Shown in pieces: positions 9,984-19,071 of a stretch of 64,000 nucleotides of DNA (positions are counted from its first letter, which is position 1; every line of letters begins with the position of its first letter). Under the pieces are notes generated by a model. It was not told the DNA's origin, made no database searches, and was given only the letters and a program-made list of their open reading frames with translations. Location of the stretch: NCBI GenBank assembly GCA_031425655.1, contig JANPJS010000267.1, positions 1-64,000 on the forward strand. Direction: 5' to 3'. This DNA is from Abditibacteriaceae bacterium (GTDB taxonomy: Bacteria > Armatimonadota > Abditibacteriia > Abditibacteriales > Abditibacteriaceae). The translations under genes were made by a program, and so were the position numbers.

Positions 9984-12958
9984 TGATGACCGCGATTACA
10001 CGTTGGACCAACCTGCTGCGTGCTTCCATGCTCACAGCCCTGCTGCTGGCCGGATTTTCGAGCGCCCCGGCGACGGCGAACAATTATGTCATCAACAGCG
10101 TGGCTGATACCAACGATAATTTCTGCGACGCGTCCAGTTGCACCTTGCGTGAAGCCATCGCCGCCGCCAATTCCAACGCGGGGGCTGACACCATTACCTT
10201 TGATACGACGGTTTTCAACAGCGCCAAAACCATCACGGTAGGCAGTCAGTTGCCGTCCTTCAGCGAGAGCGCCACCATCACCGGCCCCCCGGCGGGTGTA
10301 ACGGTGGACGGAGTGACTAAAGCCTTTACCATCTTCACTGTGAGCGGGGGCACCGTTAACATCATCGGCCTGACGGTCAGCAACGGCTATAGAGGAATCT
10401 ATAGCGACGGTGGCACTGCCGTCGTTGTGGGTTGCACCCTCAGCGGTAATGACAGGGGCGTCGAATACGATAGGCGCACGGCGACCATCACCAACTGCAC
10501 TCTGAGTGGCAACACGGTTGGTATCTACAGTTATAGAGAGAACACGTTGACCATTGCGGGCTGCACCAGCAGCGGCAACGCAATCGGCGTCAAAAACTCC
10601 AACGAATTTAATTACCCTTCCTACATCACGCTCAAAAATAGCCTCGTTGTTGGTAACAATGCAAATCTCGAAGGCCCAAACTTCACTTCGGGCGCTGACA
10701 GCTTCACGCTTGGCACAGCGTCAGGCGCGGGCCTTGACCCCGCCGGCTTACAAAACAACGGCGGGCCAACCAAAACCATCGCGCTGATGCCCGGCAGCCT
10801 CGTTATCAATGCGGGCAACGATGCGAACGCCGCCGGCTTCACTACCGACCAACGCGGCACTGGCTACCCGCGCATTTACAATGGCCGAGTTGATATCGGC
10901 GCCTTCGAGTTTGGTTCAGGCCCCAAAACCTTTATCGTCAACAGCGTGGCCGATACCAACGATAATACCTGCGACGTGTCCAATTGCACCTTGCGGGAAG
11001 CCATCGGTGCCGCCAATTCCAACCTGGGCAACGACACCATCAACTTCGACACGACGGTTTTCAACAGCGCCCAAACCATCACGGTAGGCAGCGCTTTGCC
11101 GTCCTTCAGCGAGGGCGCCACCATCACTGGGTCTGCCGCAGGCGTGACGGTGGACGGAGTGACTAAAACCTTCAAAATCTTCACTGTGAACGCGGGCGTG
11201 AGCGCGTCTTTCACCAGCCTGACGATTAGCAATGGTAATCCGGGCATTTTTAATAGCGGCACGGCGACTGTCACAGGCTGCACCCTGACCGGCAACAACA
11301 TCGGCATTCGCAACTTCGACAGAGCGAATCTCATCAACTGCACTTTGAGCGGAAATCAATACGGCATCGAAAACCAAGCCATAGCGACGGCCACGAATTC
11401 TACTATCAGTGGCAACTACGTCGGCTTCTACGACGATGGCGTCGCAACGCTCAAGAACAGCCTCATCGTTGGTAACACCAGCGAAGATGTGGGAGGAGCC
11501 GGCTTCTACACCGATGGCGGGGGCAACCTCATCTACGGCACGGGCACCGCGTCAGGCGCGGGCCTCGACCCCGCAGGTTTGCAAAACAACGGTGGCCCGA
11601 CCAAAACCATTGCGCTGATGCCGGGCAGCATCGCCATCAATGCGGGCCTGGATGCCAATGCCGCCGGTCTGCCCACCGACCAACGCGGCACAGGCTATGC
11701 GCGCATCGTCGGCAGCAGCGTGGACATCGGCGCCTACGAACTTTCGCTCCCATTGCTGAGCATTAACGATACAAGCCTTACCGAAGGGAACAGCGGAACA
11801 GCGAATGCGACGTTTACCGTGACGCTTTCTAAAGCCAGCACGCAAACGGTGACGGTCAGCTATGCCAGCGCCAACGGCACGAGCAACCCGGCGACGGCGG
11901 GCAGCGATTACACCGCCAAAAGCGGCACTCTCACTTTTGCGCCCGGTGCGGCTTTAACCCAAACCATCAGCGTGCCCATCGTGGGCAATTACGTGCCCGA
12001 AGCCGATGAAACCTTCTTCGTCAACTTGAGCAGTCCCGTCAATGCGACGCTCTCCGATAGTCAGGGCTTGGGCACCATTACTAACGATGACTTCGATACC
12101 ACGCCTCCAACGGTGAGCTTTACGACTTCGACCACGACCCCAGCAGGCACGACGCCGCAAACCGGCGCCACCGTCTACAATGTGGTTCCTGCTATCACCG
12201 GCGTGGCCGGGGATGCGGGCAGCGGCATCGCACGGGTGCAGTTGCGCTTGTATCGCCTCACTTCGACTGCCGGTGTTTACGAATACTGGAACGGCACCGG
12301 TTGGGTTGTTCCCGGCGGCGGCGTTGCGATTCCCATGTTGATTACGGTGCTGAGTCCCGGAGCAGGCAGCGCCAATGTGACATGGACGAGGAGCACGGCG
12401 TGGCCAACCGGCAGCAATCTCGCCGATGGCACTTACTATCTCACCGCCTACGCTTATGATCGTGCCGGCAAGTTCGCCAGCAGTTCGCGCAACTTCAAGA
12501 AAGCGACTGACACGACGGGGCCGAGCGTGAGCTTCACCACAGCAGCGACGACGCCGGTGGGCACCACGCCGGTTAGCGGCAGCACGGTTTCGGGCACCAT
12601 GCCGACGATCACGGGCATTGCCGCTGACAGCGCCAGCGGTGTCGGTAAAGTGGAGTTGCGCTTGTATCGCGCAACGGCGACGGCGGGTGTTTACGAGAAC
12701 TGGACGGGCAGTGCTTGGACGACCACGCTGGCTGCTCTGAGCACCGTGATGAACCCGGCGGCGGGCGGTGCCAATGTCAGTTGGAGTCGAAGCAGCGGCT
12801 GGCCCGGCGGGGGCGACTTCGCCGACGGCACTTACTATTTGCGTGCTACGGCTTATGACAAGGCTGGCAACCTCACCGCGACTTTAGCTTCCAACTTCAA
12901 GAAAGTCACAAGCGCAGGACAGACTCTGCAACTCTTCGAGGACGAGCCGAGCCAGTAG
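9984..12958 (+). CDS. Secreted CSLREA/beta-helix repeat protein with Calx-beta domain and two Ig-like repeats; C-terminal domain frameshifted
   Basis: Signal peptide; two CTLREAI...NNGGPTKT...DQRG...DIGAF/YE modules; Calx-beta (SINDTSLTEGNSG...GTITNDD); two DTTxP...AYDxAG repeats. Confidence 0.85.
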
Positions 12959-13153
12959 CATCAATCTGAGCCTCGCGGGCAAAGTGCCTACGGGCGACTT
13001 CGCGGTCACAGTCAACGTGAGGCGACGCCAGTCCAAAGCGTCCACCGTGACGGCCAAACGGTCACGCTGCTCTTAGCCGACGGTGCCTTGAAAGTTGGCG
13101 ACACAGTTGGCGTAAGCTGGAACGACGGCAACGCGCAAGTCACAGCCGAGTAA
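12951..13153 (+). pseudogene. Frameshifted C-terminal remnant of the CSLREA protein
   Basis: ASSINLSLAGKVPTGDFAVTVN in one frame, [34 protein letters not shown]...AE* in another; terminator follows. Confidence 0.55.
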
Positions 13154-13165
13154 AGTGATGTGCAA

Positions 13166-13205
13166 GACGACAAGGGACACCCGGTTTCGGGTGGCCCTTG
13201 TCGTT
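13166..13205 (+). terminator. Hairpin ending cargo 1
   Basis: gacgacaaggg...ccggtttcgg...cccttgtcgtt. Confidence 0.55.
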
Positions 13206-13206
13206 G

Positions 13207-13329
13207 AAGCCGGCGGCGTTTTCACCGACGACTTGTTGGAAATGTATATCGGCCTCAAGCGCGCCGACGTGGACGCCATCCGTTTGCGCCCGCATCCCTT
13301 CGAGTTCAACCTCTACTTCGACGTGTAAA
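13207..13329 (+). repeat. Direct copy 2 of the glnA 3' end (matches 9574-9696)
   Basis: 123 bp with 2 mismatches, both synonymous (CTG>TTG, CGT>CGC); includes the TAA stop. Confidence 0.96.
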
Positions 13330-13331
13330 CC

Positions 13332-13401
13332 GTAGGGACACGGCCTGCCGTGTCCACAACAAAAGCGGCGGCATCATTGGATGCCGCCGCTTTTTGCTTT
13401 T
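13332..13401 (+). terminator. GTAG-type REP hairpin followed by intrinsic terminator
   Basis: gtagggacacggcctgccgtgtcc; aaaagcggcggcatc-attg-gatgccgccgcttttt. Confidence 0.75.
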
Positions 13402-13439
13402 GTGATCCGTTGCTAAACTGTGCATTGCGAGGTGTAAGA

Positions 13440-13682
13440 ATGGGAAAACTTTTATCTTTTACGTTAGACGCCGACGAACTGGCGGAATTTCAGGCGGCGG
13501 TGACGGACTTTAACGAAAAATTCGACCGCTCCCGCGCGCGTATGGCTAAAGACGATGAGGAAATTGCACGCCTTGAAGCCGAGTCTCGCGCCGATTGGGC
13601 TGAAATACGTGACTTAAGAGTGAAAACGCAGGCTTCTATCGCTGAAATGAACGCGATTGTGGAACAGATGAGGGCCTTGTGA
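13440..13682 (+). CDS. Small coiled-coil hypothetical protein
   Basis: GAGGTG RBS, ATG 13440; helical, charged; TGCTAAACT extended -10 upstream. Confidence 0.65.
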   Translation: MGKLLSFTLDADELAEFQAAVTDFNEKFDRSRARMAKDDEEIARLEAESRADWAEIRDLRVKTQASIAEMNAIVEQMRAL

Positions 13683-13683
13683 C

Positions 13684-13974
13684 ATGAGAGAACTGCTTTC
13701 GTTGATGAAGCGGCTCCTCTTCCTTGCCGAAGACGTAGAGAAAAACAAGGACGCCGTCAAGGAAGTGCGCCAGGAACTTAAAGAAACCCAGCGCGAACTC
13801 AAAGAGTTGCGCCACGAGCTACAAAATGTTTCGGAAGGTATGACACGAATGTTCTACGAAACACAGCGCCTTATCACTGAAGAGCGTCACGAACGCGAAA
13901 AACTGGAATTGCGATTGCAAGCAACACCAAGCTCTCAAGCGCAGTTGCCGATGGCTGTCGAAGAACCACAATGA
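13684..13974 (+). CDS. Small coiled-coil hypothetical protein
   Basis: Begins 1 bp after upstream stop; heptad pattern; [10 protein letters not shown] motif. Confidence 0.75.
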   Translation: MRELLSLMKRLLFLAEDVEKNKDAVKEVRQELKETQRELKELRHELQNVSEGMTRMFYETQRLITEERHEREKLELRLQATPSSQAQLPMAVEEPQ

Positions 13975-13983
13975 AATTGAAAA

Positions 13984-14100
13984 GCGGCGTTTTCACCGAC
14001 GACTTGCTGGAAATGTATATCGGCCTCAAGCGCGCCGACGTGGACGCCATCCGTTTGCGCCCGCATCCCTACGAATTCAACCTCTACTTCGACGTGTAAA
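13984..14100 (+). repeat. Direct copy 3 of the glnA 3' end (matches 9580-9696)
   Basis: 117 bp; CGT>CGC and GAG>GAA synonymous, TTC>TAC (F>Y) conservative; similarity continues past the stop. Confidence 0.96.
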
Positions 14101-14116
14101 TCACGACCGAGACGTG

Positions 14117-14157
14117 AAAAGCGGCGGCATCAGTGGATGCCGCCGCTTTTTGCTTTT
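14117..14157 (+). terminator. Intrinsic terminator, near-identical to that at 13361-13401
   Basis: aaaagcggcggcatc-agtg-gatgccgccgcttttt. Confidence 0.8.
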
Positions 14158-14196
14158 ATGCTGTAGGAATGAGTCGTTTGGGTTATAAGAAATTGA

Positions 14197-14970
14197 ATGC
14201 AACTACCAATTTATTTAGGCACGATTTTGTTGGAGCCGCAGCGATGGTCGGGCGATAAAAGGCCGAGTTACGCCGTCAGCACATGGTTGGAACGCATCAA
14301 GGCGGCGGGTTTCGACGGCATTGAGTTGTGGGAAAACCACTATCTCAAAGCCGATGCTGCCGAACGCAAAATACTGCACGCGAAAGCGGCTCCGATTGCG
14401 ATTTTTAATTCCTACGCCGGGTTGAAAATCGAACACGCAACACAACGCGAAGCAGCGGCGTGCCATGCCGCCGAACTGGGCGCCGGAGCCATTAAATTCA
14501 ACGTCGGCAACGATGCAACACGCTTCGACGAATATCTAATCAACGCGACGGCGTGGGCCGATTTGCTGCCCGAATCTACGCAGCTTTGGTGCGAATGCCA
14601 TCCCGGAACCGTGCTGGAAACCCCGCAAGACGCCGCCCGCGCCTTTGACATTTGGGACGAGGCGCGTTTTGGCGTGATGATTCATCCGTTTACGACTGAG
14701 CCGGACGTTTTGCGCGATTGGCTGCGACTTTTGGGGCCGCGCGTGCAACACGCCCACGTTCAAATCCGCGACGAGAATGGCCGTCCGACGTGTCTCGATA
14801 CGCAGCCGGAAATGGCTCATGCGGCGCTGGAAATTTTGCGCGACGGCGGCTTTTCGGGCAGTTTTACGATGGAATTCACGCTGGGCACCAGCACCGCCAA
14901 TGACCAAACCGAATACTTATGGGAAAACGCCCTGCGCGATTTGAAATTTCTGCGCGAAAACTGGACGTAA
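14197..14970 (+). CDS. Sugar-phosphate isomerase/epimerase (xylose-isomerase-like TIM barrel)
   Basis: AAGFDGIELW, ECHPGT, HAHVQ, FTMEF. Confidence 0.8.
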   Translation: MQLPIYLGTILLEPQRWSGDKRPSYAVSTWLERIKAAGFDGIELWENHYLKADAAERKILHAKAAPIAIFNSYAGLKIEHATQREAAACHAAELGAGAIKFNVGNDATRFDEYLINATAWADLLPESTQLWCECHPGTVLETPQDAARAFDIWDEARFGVMIHPFTTEPDVLRDWLRLLGPRVQHAHVQIRDENGRPTCLDTQPEMAHAALEILRDGGFSGSFTMEFTLGTSTANDQTEYLWENALRDLKFLRENWT

Positions 14971-15045
14971 AGACACGAATAATGGGCAACGCGCCGAGCG
15001 TAAGCGTGGTCATAAAAGAACCGGTTTGGGCGAATCGCAGGAAAC

Positions 15046-15399
15046 ATGAATCAACACGCTGACGAATTTGACGAGGAATTTCAATCGGAAGAAGAAGCCG
15101 AAGCCGCCGGTGTTTACGGCGATAAAGACGATTACGGCTTTTGCCCGCTGTGCGGCGCGCCCGGTGAGGCCGTCGGCGTGGGCGCGAAGCAATGGGTGGT
15201 TTGCCACGCCGACAAAGTGAAATGGCGCTTGGGACTGGGCTTTTTCGCGCTGTTTCAACGCCGCGAAAAATGGGATCAAACCCCGCGCGACATCGCCGTT
15301 TATCGTGAAGTCAAACCGCTGCGCGAACCGAAAGAAAACGCGCCCGCCGCTCCTGCTAATGACGAAGAAGCCCGCTTTAAACGCATGATGGGCGAGTGA
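15046..15399 (+). CDS. Hypothetical protein with acidic N-terminus and CxxC...CxxD possible Zn site
   Basis: AGGA RBS; FCPLCG and VCHAD. Confidence 0.6.
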   Translation: MNQHADEFDEEFQSEEEAEAAGVYGDKDDYGFCPLCGAPGEAVGVGAKQWVVCHADKVKWRLGLGFFALFQRREKWDQTPRDIAVYREVKPLREPKENAPAAPANDEEARFKRMMGE

Positions 15400-15400
15400 T

Positions 15401-15829
15401 TCACGACGCGAGTTGGCCCCAAAACGCGAGGCCGTAAACCACGACGTAATACGTCCACAGCAGCGAAAACAAGATGTGAATGCGCGTTTCAAAGCGTTTG
15501 CCGCGCCACAAACTCGCATCGTAAACACAGAATTGGAATATCCAACGGCACAGCCAGAACAGCGTGACACCGCCGCAAAAATCGCGGCCTAATGCGGTCT
15601 TTTCCAGCAGCGCATTCGTGCCGAAAAGCGAAAGAGTGCCGAGTAGGACTAAAATCAGCGCCACGAAAAAGGTGTGAACGTAAAAAATCTGCCGGTTGAG
15701 CAGCGACAGGCGCGATAACTCTTCTTTCCACGCGAATCGCTCGCTCAAAAAGCCGTGCATCACGCCCAGCGCAATCAGGCTCAGACCGGCCAGTTTGAGG
15801 TGCGTTTCCAGCGAAAGCAGCCCGTTCAT
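15401..15829 (-). CDS. Four-helix membrane hypothetical protein
   Basis: Hydrophobic segments; ATG overlaps the upstream stop (ATGA). Confidence 0.75.
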   Translation of the reverse strand: MNGLLSLETHLKLAGLSLIALGVMHGFLSERFAWKEELSRLSLLNRQIFYVHTFFVALILVLLGTLSLFGTNALLEKTALGRDFCGGVTLFWLCRWIFQFCVYDASLWRGKRFETRIHILFSLLWTYYVVVYGLAFWGQLAS

Positions 15830-16614
15830 GATTCGCCTTTTGGTGCGCGCAGCACGAAAAGCCGCACGAATGGTGTGAACGCGCATTCGCGTTCGATGAC
15901 GAAGCCGGCGCCATTCGCCAGAGAGCGCCACTCTTCGCGCGAGAAAAAATGCAAAAATCCCGGCCCAAAGGCCGCGAAGTTAGCCCCATCGCGCGCGTGT
16001 TCGAGCAGCACCACGCAGCCGCCAGGCCGCAATACGCGACGCAACTCGCCAAACAATGCCTCGCGTCCGCAACGCGCGCGGATTTCGTGCGCCGCGAAAA
16101 ACAGAAAAACGGCGTCCAGCGATGCGTCGGGCAACGGCAGCGCGCGATAATCGGCGGGCGTGGCGACGACGGGCGCCGGAGTCAGCTTTCGCGCGCGGCG
16201 AATGGCCGGCTCGGTCATTTCGTGCGGCGCGAAAATGTCGAAAACCTGCGACTGCGTGCCCGGAAACAAAGCGCGCAGAGCCGGCGTGCTTTCGTCCAGC
16301 CCGCAATGGATATTCGCCCAGTTTTGCGGCGCCTGCGGAAACAATTCGCTCAGCCAATTCCAGCGATAAAGCGCCGAGCGGTCGTAAACCCACCACGACG
16401 CGGCGACCGAAGCCAGCGCCCAGAACACCGCGAGACCGCTGCCTGCCGCGCTCAAATTATTCATCCAGCGCGGCCCCTTTGCGCGACGCAGCGCCCATCT
16501 CGCACCCGCGATGGCGCCCAATGCCACCGCGTAAAACGGCCAGTTGTAGGACACGATTTGCCGTGTGCCTTGCCAGCGTCCGCGCGCCGGCAAGTCGGGA
16601 ATGCCATCGCTCAT
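15826..16614 (-). CDS. Class I SAM-dependent methyltransferase with N-terminal membrane segments
   Basis: NIHCGLDE, LPLPDASLD, RVLRPGG. Confidence 0.85.
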   Translation of the reverse strand: MSDGIPDLPARGRWQGTRQIVSYNWPFYAVALGAIAGARWALRRAKGPRWMNNLSAAGSGLAVFWALASVAASWWVYDRSALYRWNWLSELFPQAPQNWANIHCGLDESTPALRALFPGTQSQVFDIFAPHEMTEPAIRRARKLTPAPVVATPADYRALPLPDASLDAVFLFFAAHEIRARCGREALFGELRRVLRPGGCVVLLEHARDGANFAAFGPGFLHFFSREEWRSLANGAGFVIERECAFTPFVRLFVLRAPKGES

Positions 16615-17405
16615 GGTTTCGCCTCGTTTTCATGCGGCAAGGCTTCGCGTCGCCCGCGCAGCCAGCGATAAGGGATGTCGGAAACGTAAAAAGCGTTGGC
16701 GAAAATCGGTGTCACGCCGCGAAATGCGGGCTGGTCGAAAAACGTCGCGGTTTCCACGTCTACGCGCACCGGCTGCGGATTCCACTTTTTCCGCACGCCT
16801 TTGATGAAAATTAGCGAGTGCGTTTGCTTTTCGTAATCGAAAGTGTAGGGCAGCGGCCCGGCGAAGTGGAGCGCCGTTTCCATGTCGGGAAACGGCGAGC
16901 CGGGCGGCAGCGGCGCGGGCATGGACGACAAGTCGGCGCTCAAAACAAGATCGGCCTCGGCGTTCGGCGTCTGCACTGAAATATCGAGTCGCTGTGCGCT
17001 TTCCTGCATTTCCACGCGCGCCAGACGATAGTGATAATGCGTCAACAGGTTGCCGAAAACGGCCATCAAACGCCGATTTGTATCCGAGCGCAAAATGCGT
17101 AAGCCACGCAAATGGCGTCCCGCGCTCGTGGTGTAGCGCGTGAAAATGCGATAGCCCGACAGGAAGAAATTTTGCCCCAAAGCGGCGGGCAAAAAGGCCG
17201 GGCGCAGCCCCTCGGTTTGCACCAGAGCGATGGCCACGAAGCCAAAATCTTCGTAGAAATCGAGTTCCAAGCCCGGCGGCAAAAGCGGCTCCAGCACGGC
17301 GCGTGGCAACGCATAAGTCAGCACCAAACTGTGCCGGAAATGCGCCCGCACCGGCAAAGGATGACGCTTGAGTAAGTGCAGCATTTCACGCTTTTTCGCT
17401 AACAT
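16611..17405 (-). CDS. DUF2071/YqjF-like protein (acetoacetate-decarboxylase-like fold)
   Basis: LVLTYALP...LPPGLELD, GYRIF, RGLRILRSDT; translationally coupled to the MTase. Confidence 0.75.
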   Translation of the reverse strand: MLAKKREMLHLLKRHPLPVRAHFRHSLVLTYALPRAVLEPLLPPGLELDFYEDFGFVAIALVQTEGLRPAFLPAALGQNFFLSGYRIFTRYTTSAGRHLRGLRILRSDTNRRLMAVFGNLLTHYHYRLARVEMQESAQRLDISVQTPNAEADLVLSADLSSMPAPLPPGSPFPDMETALHFAGPLPYTFDYEKQTHSLIFIKGVRKKWNPQPVRVDVETATFFDQPAFRGVTPIFANAFYVSDIPYRWLRGRREALPHENEAKP

Positions 17406-17409
17406 AGCC

Positions 17410-18855
17410 TCAAAATTCGTCGGTCACGTCGAAATCGTCCAACGCACGGCAGCTTTGTAAATCCGGCCAAACTGGGACGCCTAAGCCCGGCGCGCGATGC
17501 AGTGCGGTGCAATCAATGATGCCATTTTGGATGTCGAGTCGCGCTAATTCGCCATCGTCGGTGTAAATTTGCGGAAACGCGGCGGTTGCAGCGATTTGAT
17601 TTTCACGGCTTAAGTGCGACAGGCCGCGAAAATAGTGATGGCCATTGCGTTCGGCGTGCGCGATGCCCAGTGCCGAAAGCGTTGTTAAATCCTGCTGCAA
17701 GGCCACGACGCCGATGTTGGTTAAATCTTCGGCGGAAAGCATCGCCGGACGGCCCGCCGCCCTTTCGCGCTGCAAACGCGCCATATTCGCCACACTTTTG
17801 AAGGTGTTTTTGCAATTTTTATGGCTCGTGCCGCTGTAACCGAGCGACAAAGCGCGCGGCAGAGCACCGAGCGCATCGTCGGACTCGTCAATGATAATTG
17901 GGAAATGCTTCGCCGCGCGAGCCAAATCGCGGCAGCGTTCGGCGTCGAAGGCGTAAGCGCGAGCCAGAGGCTGCTCAATAAATTCAATCGAAGCTGCGAG
18001 GCGTCGCAAAGTCGGGCGCGTTTGCAACGCTTCGATGAGCGGCAAAAGCTGCTCGAAACTCTCGTATTGCTCATTGCCGTCCAGTGTTGAAACGCAGTCC
18101 GCATCGGGCATTTCTTCGTCCAAAAGCGCGGCGATGTTTTCCAACCGTGCAATGTCGTGCTCCAACTGGTTGCAGACTTTGATTTTGAAATAGCGCACGC
18201 CGTAAAAGCGAATCACTTCATCCAAACTTTGCGGCAGGCCGTCCTGCAGGCGTTCTTCGGCAGGAATTTCACCGGCGCGAATCGGGTCGGATAAGCCGAC
18301 GGTGTGACGCGCGAAAATGAAATCACGCGGCGCGGACGGCAAAATATCGCGCGGCGTGATGCCTTTTAAATCTGTGTCCAAAAGCTCCAATTCCACGCCC
18401 GCCGCGTTGCTTTGCAGATATTCGTGAAATGGTAAATTGAGCAATTTCGCCGTTGCATCGTTGACGGCACGTTCGATAAGCGACGGGCCAAACCCGGCCA
18501 GCAATTTCGGTAAACCGGCGCTTGCAGCCTGCGCTTGAACCGACTGATAGACCTCAAACCACAAACGAAATGACGTGGCAAAAGCGCATTCGCGTGCAGC
18601 ATCCATTGCCCAGCGAATCACTTGAATCTGGTCGCGTAATTCTTCGGCATAATCTTTTCGCGGGTCTTTATCGAACCATTTCGGCGGCAGATTATCGGCG
18701 GCGATGCCTTGCGACGACGCGCCTTTTTCATCGCGGATGGTCGCCACGACGTAAAGATGCGGGCAGCGCACCAATTTGGCGGAGCCGTAGCGAAACGGCA
18801 TTCGCGTGTCCACCATTTGCCAGAAGAACTCGATGTTTTCGACTTTGATTTTCAA
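17410..18855 (-). CDS. Enolase-superfamily (mandelate racemase-like) protein
   Basis: TRMPFRYG, YFKIK, LDGNEQY, IEQP, IIDESD, SHKNCK. Confidence 0.75.
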   Translation of the reverse strand: MKIKVENIEFFWQMVDTRMPFRYGSAKLVRCPHLYVVATIRDEKGASSQGIAADNLPPKWFDKDPRKDYAEELRDQIQVIRWAMDAARECAFATSFRLWFEVYQSVQAQAASAGLPKLLAGFGPSLIERAVNDATAKLLNLPFHEYLQSNAAGVELELLDTDLKGITPRDILPSAPRDFIFARHTVGLSDPIRAGEIPAEERLQDGLPQSLDEVIRFYGVRYFKIKVCNQLEHDIARLENIAALLDEEMPDADCVSTLDGNEQYESFEQLLPLIEALQTRPTLRRLAASIEFIEQPLARAYAFDAERCRDLARAAKHFPIIIDESDDALGALPRALSLGYSGTSHKNCKNTFKSVANMARLQRERAAGRPAMLSAEDLTNIGVVALQQDLTTLSALGIAHAERNGHHYFRGLSHLSRENQIAATAAFPQIYTDDGELARLDIQNGIIDCTALHRAPGLGVPVWPDLQSCRALDDFDVTDEF

Positions 18856-18865
18856 GAAGCTACCT

Positions 18866-19063
18866 TAATCCAAGTTGCTACCTATGGAGTGCGGTGGCTC
18901 GGCGCCGCTTTTCAAGCCGATTTGTCGGCAGGAACCCTTTGTTTTTGAAGTTTGACAGCACATTGTTCCCAGTGCTTGAGGTTGAACGCCGACAAGTCGG
19001 CGCCTCAAAGCGCGAACCAGTTCGCGCACTCCAAAAATGCCGAGTAGGTAGCAACTTGGGTTA
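18866..19063. mobile_element. MITE-like element with 19-bp terminal inverted repeats enclosing a REP doublet
   Basis: TAATCCAAGTTGCTACCTA ... TAGGTAGCAACTTGGGTTA; internal GGAGTGCG...GCTTT / AAAGCG...CGCACTCC. Confidence 0.65.
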
Positions 19064-19071
19064 CCTCATCT

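Noticed and set aside
13207..14100. Duplications as simple assembly errors
   Set aside because: Copies carry distinct, mostly synonymous substitutions and different flanks; a strain chimera cannot be fully excluded without reads.
9574..14157. glnA-end repeats as integron attC sites or a prophage att pair
   Set aside because: Repeats are coding sequence, lack attC inverted-core structure, and no integrase or phage genes are present.
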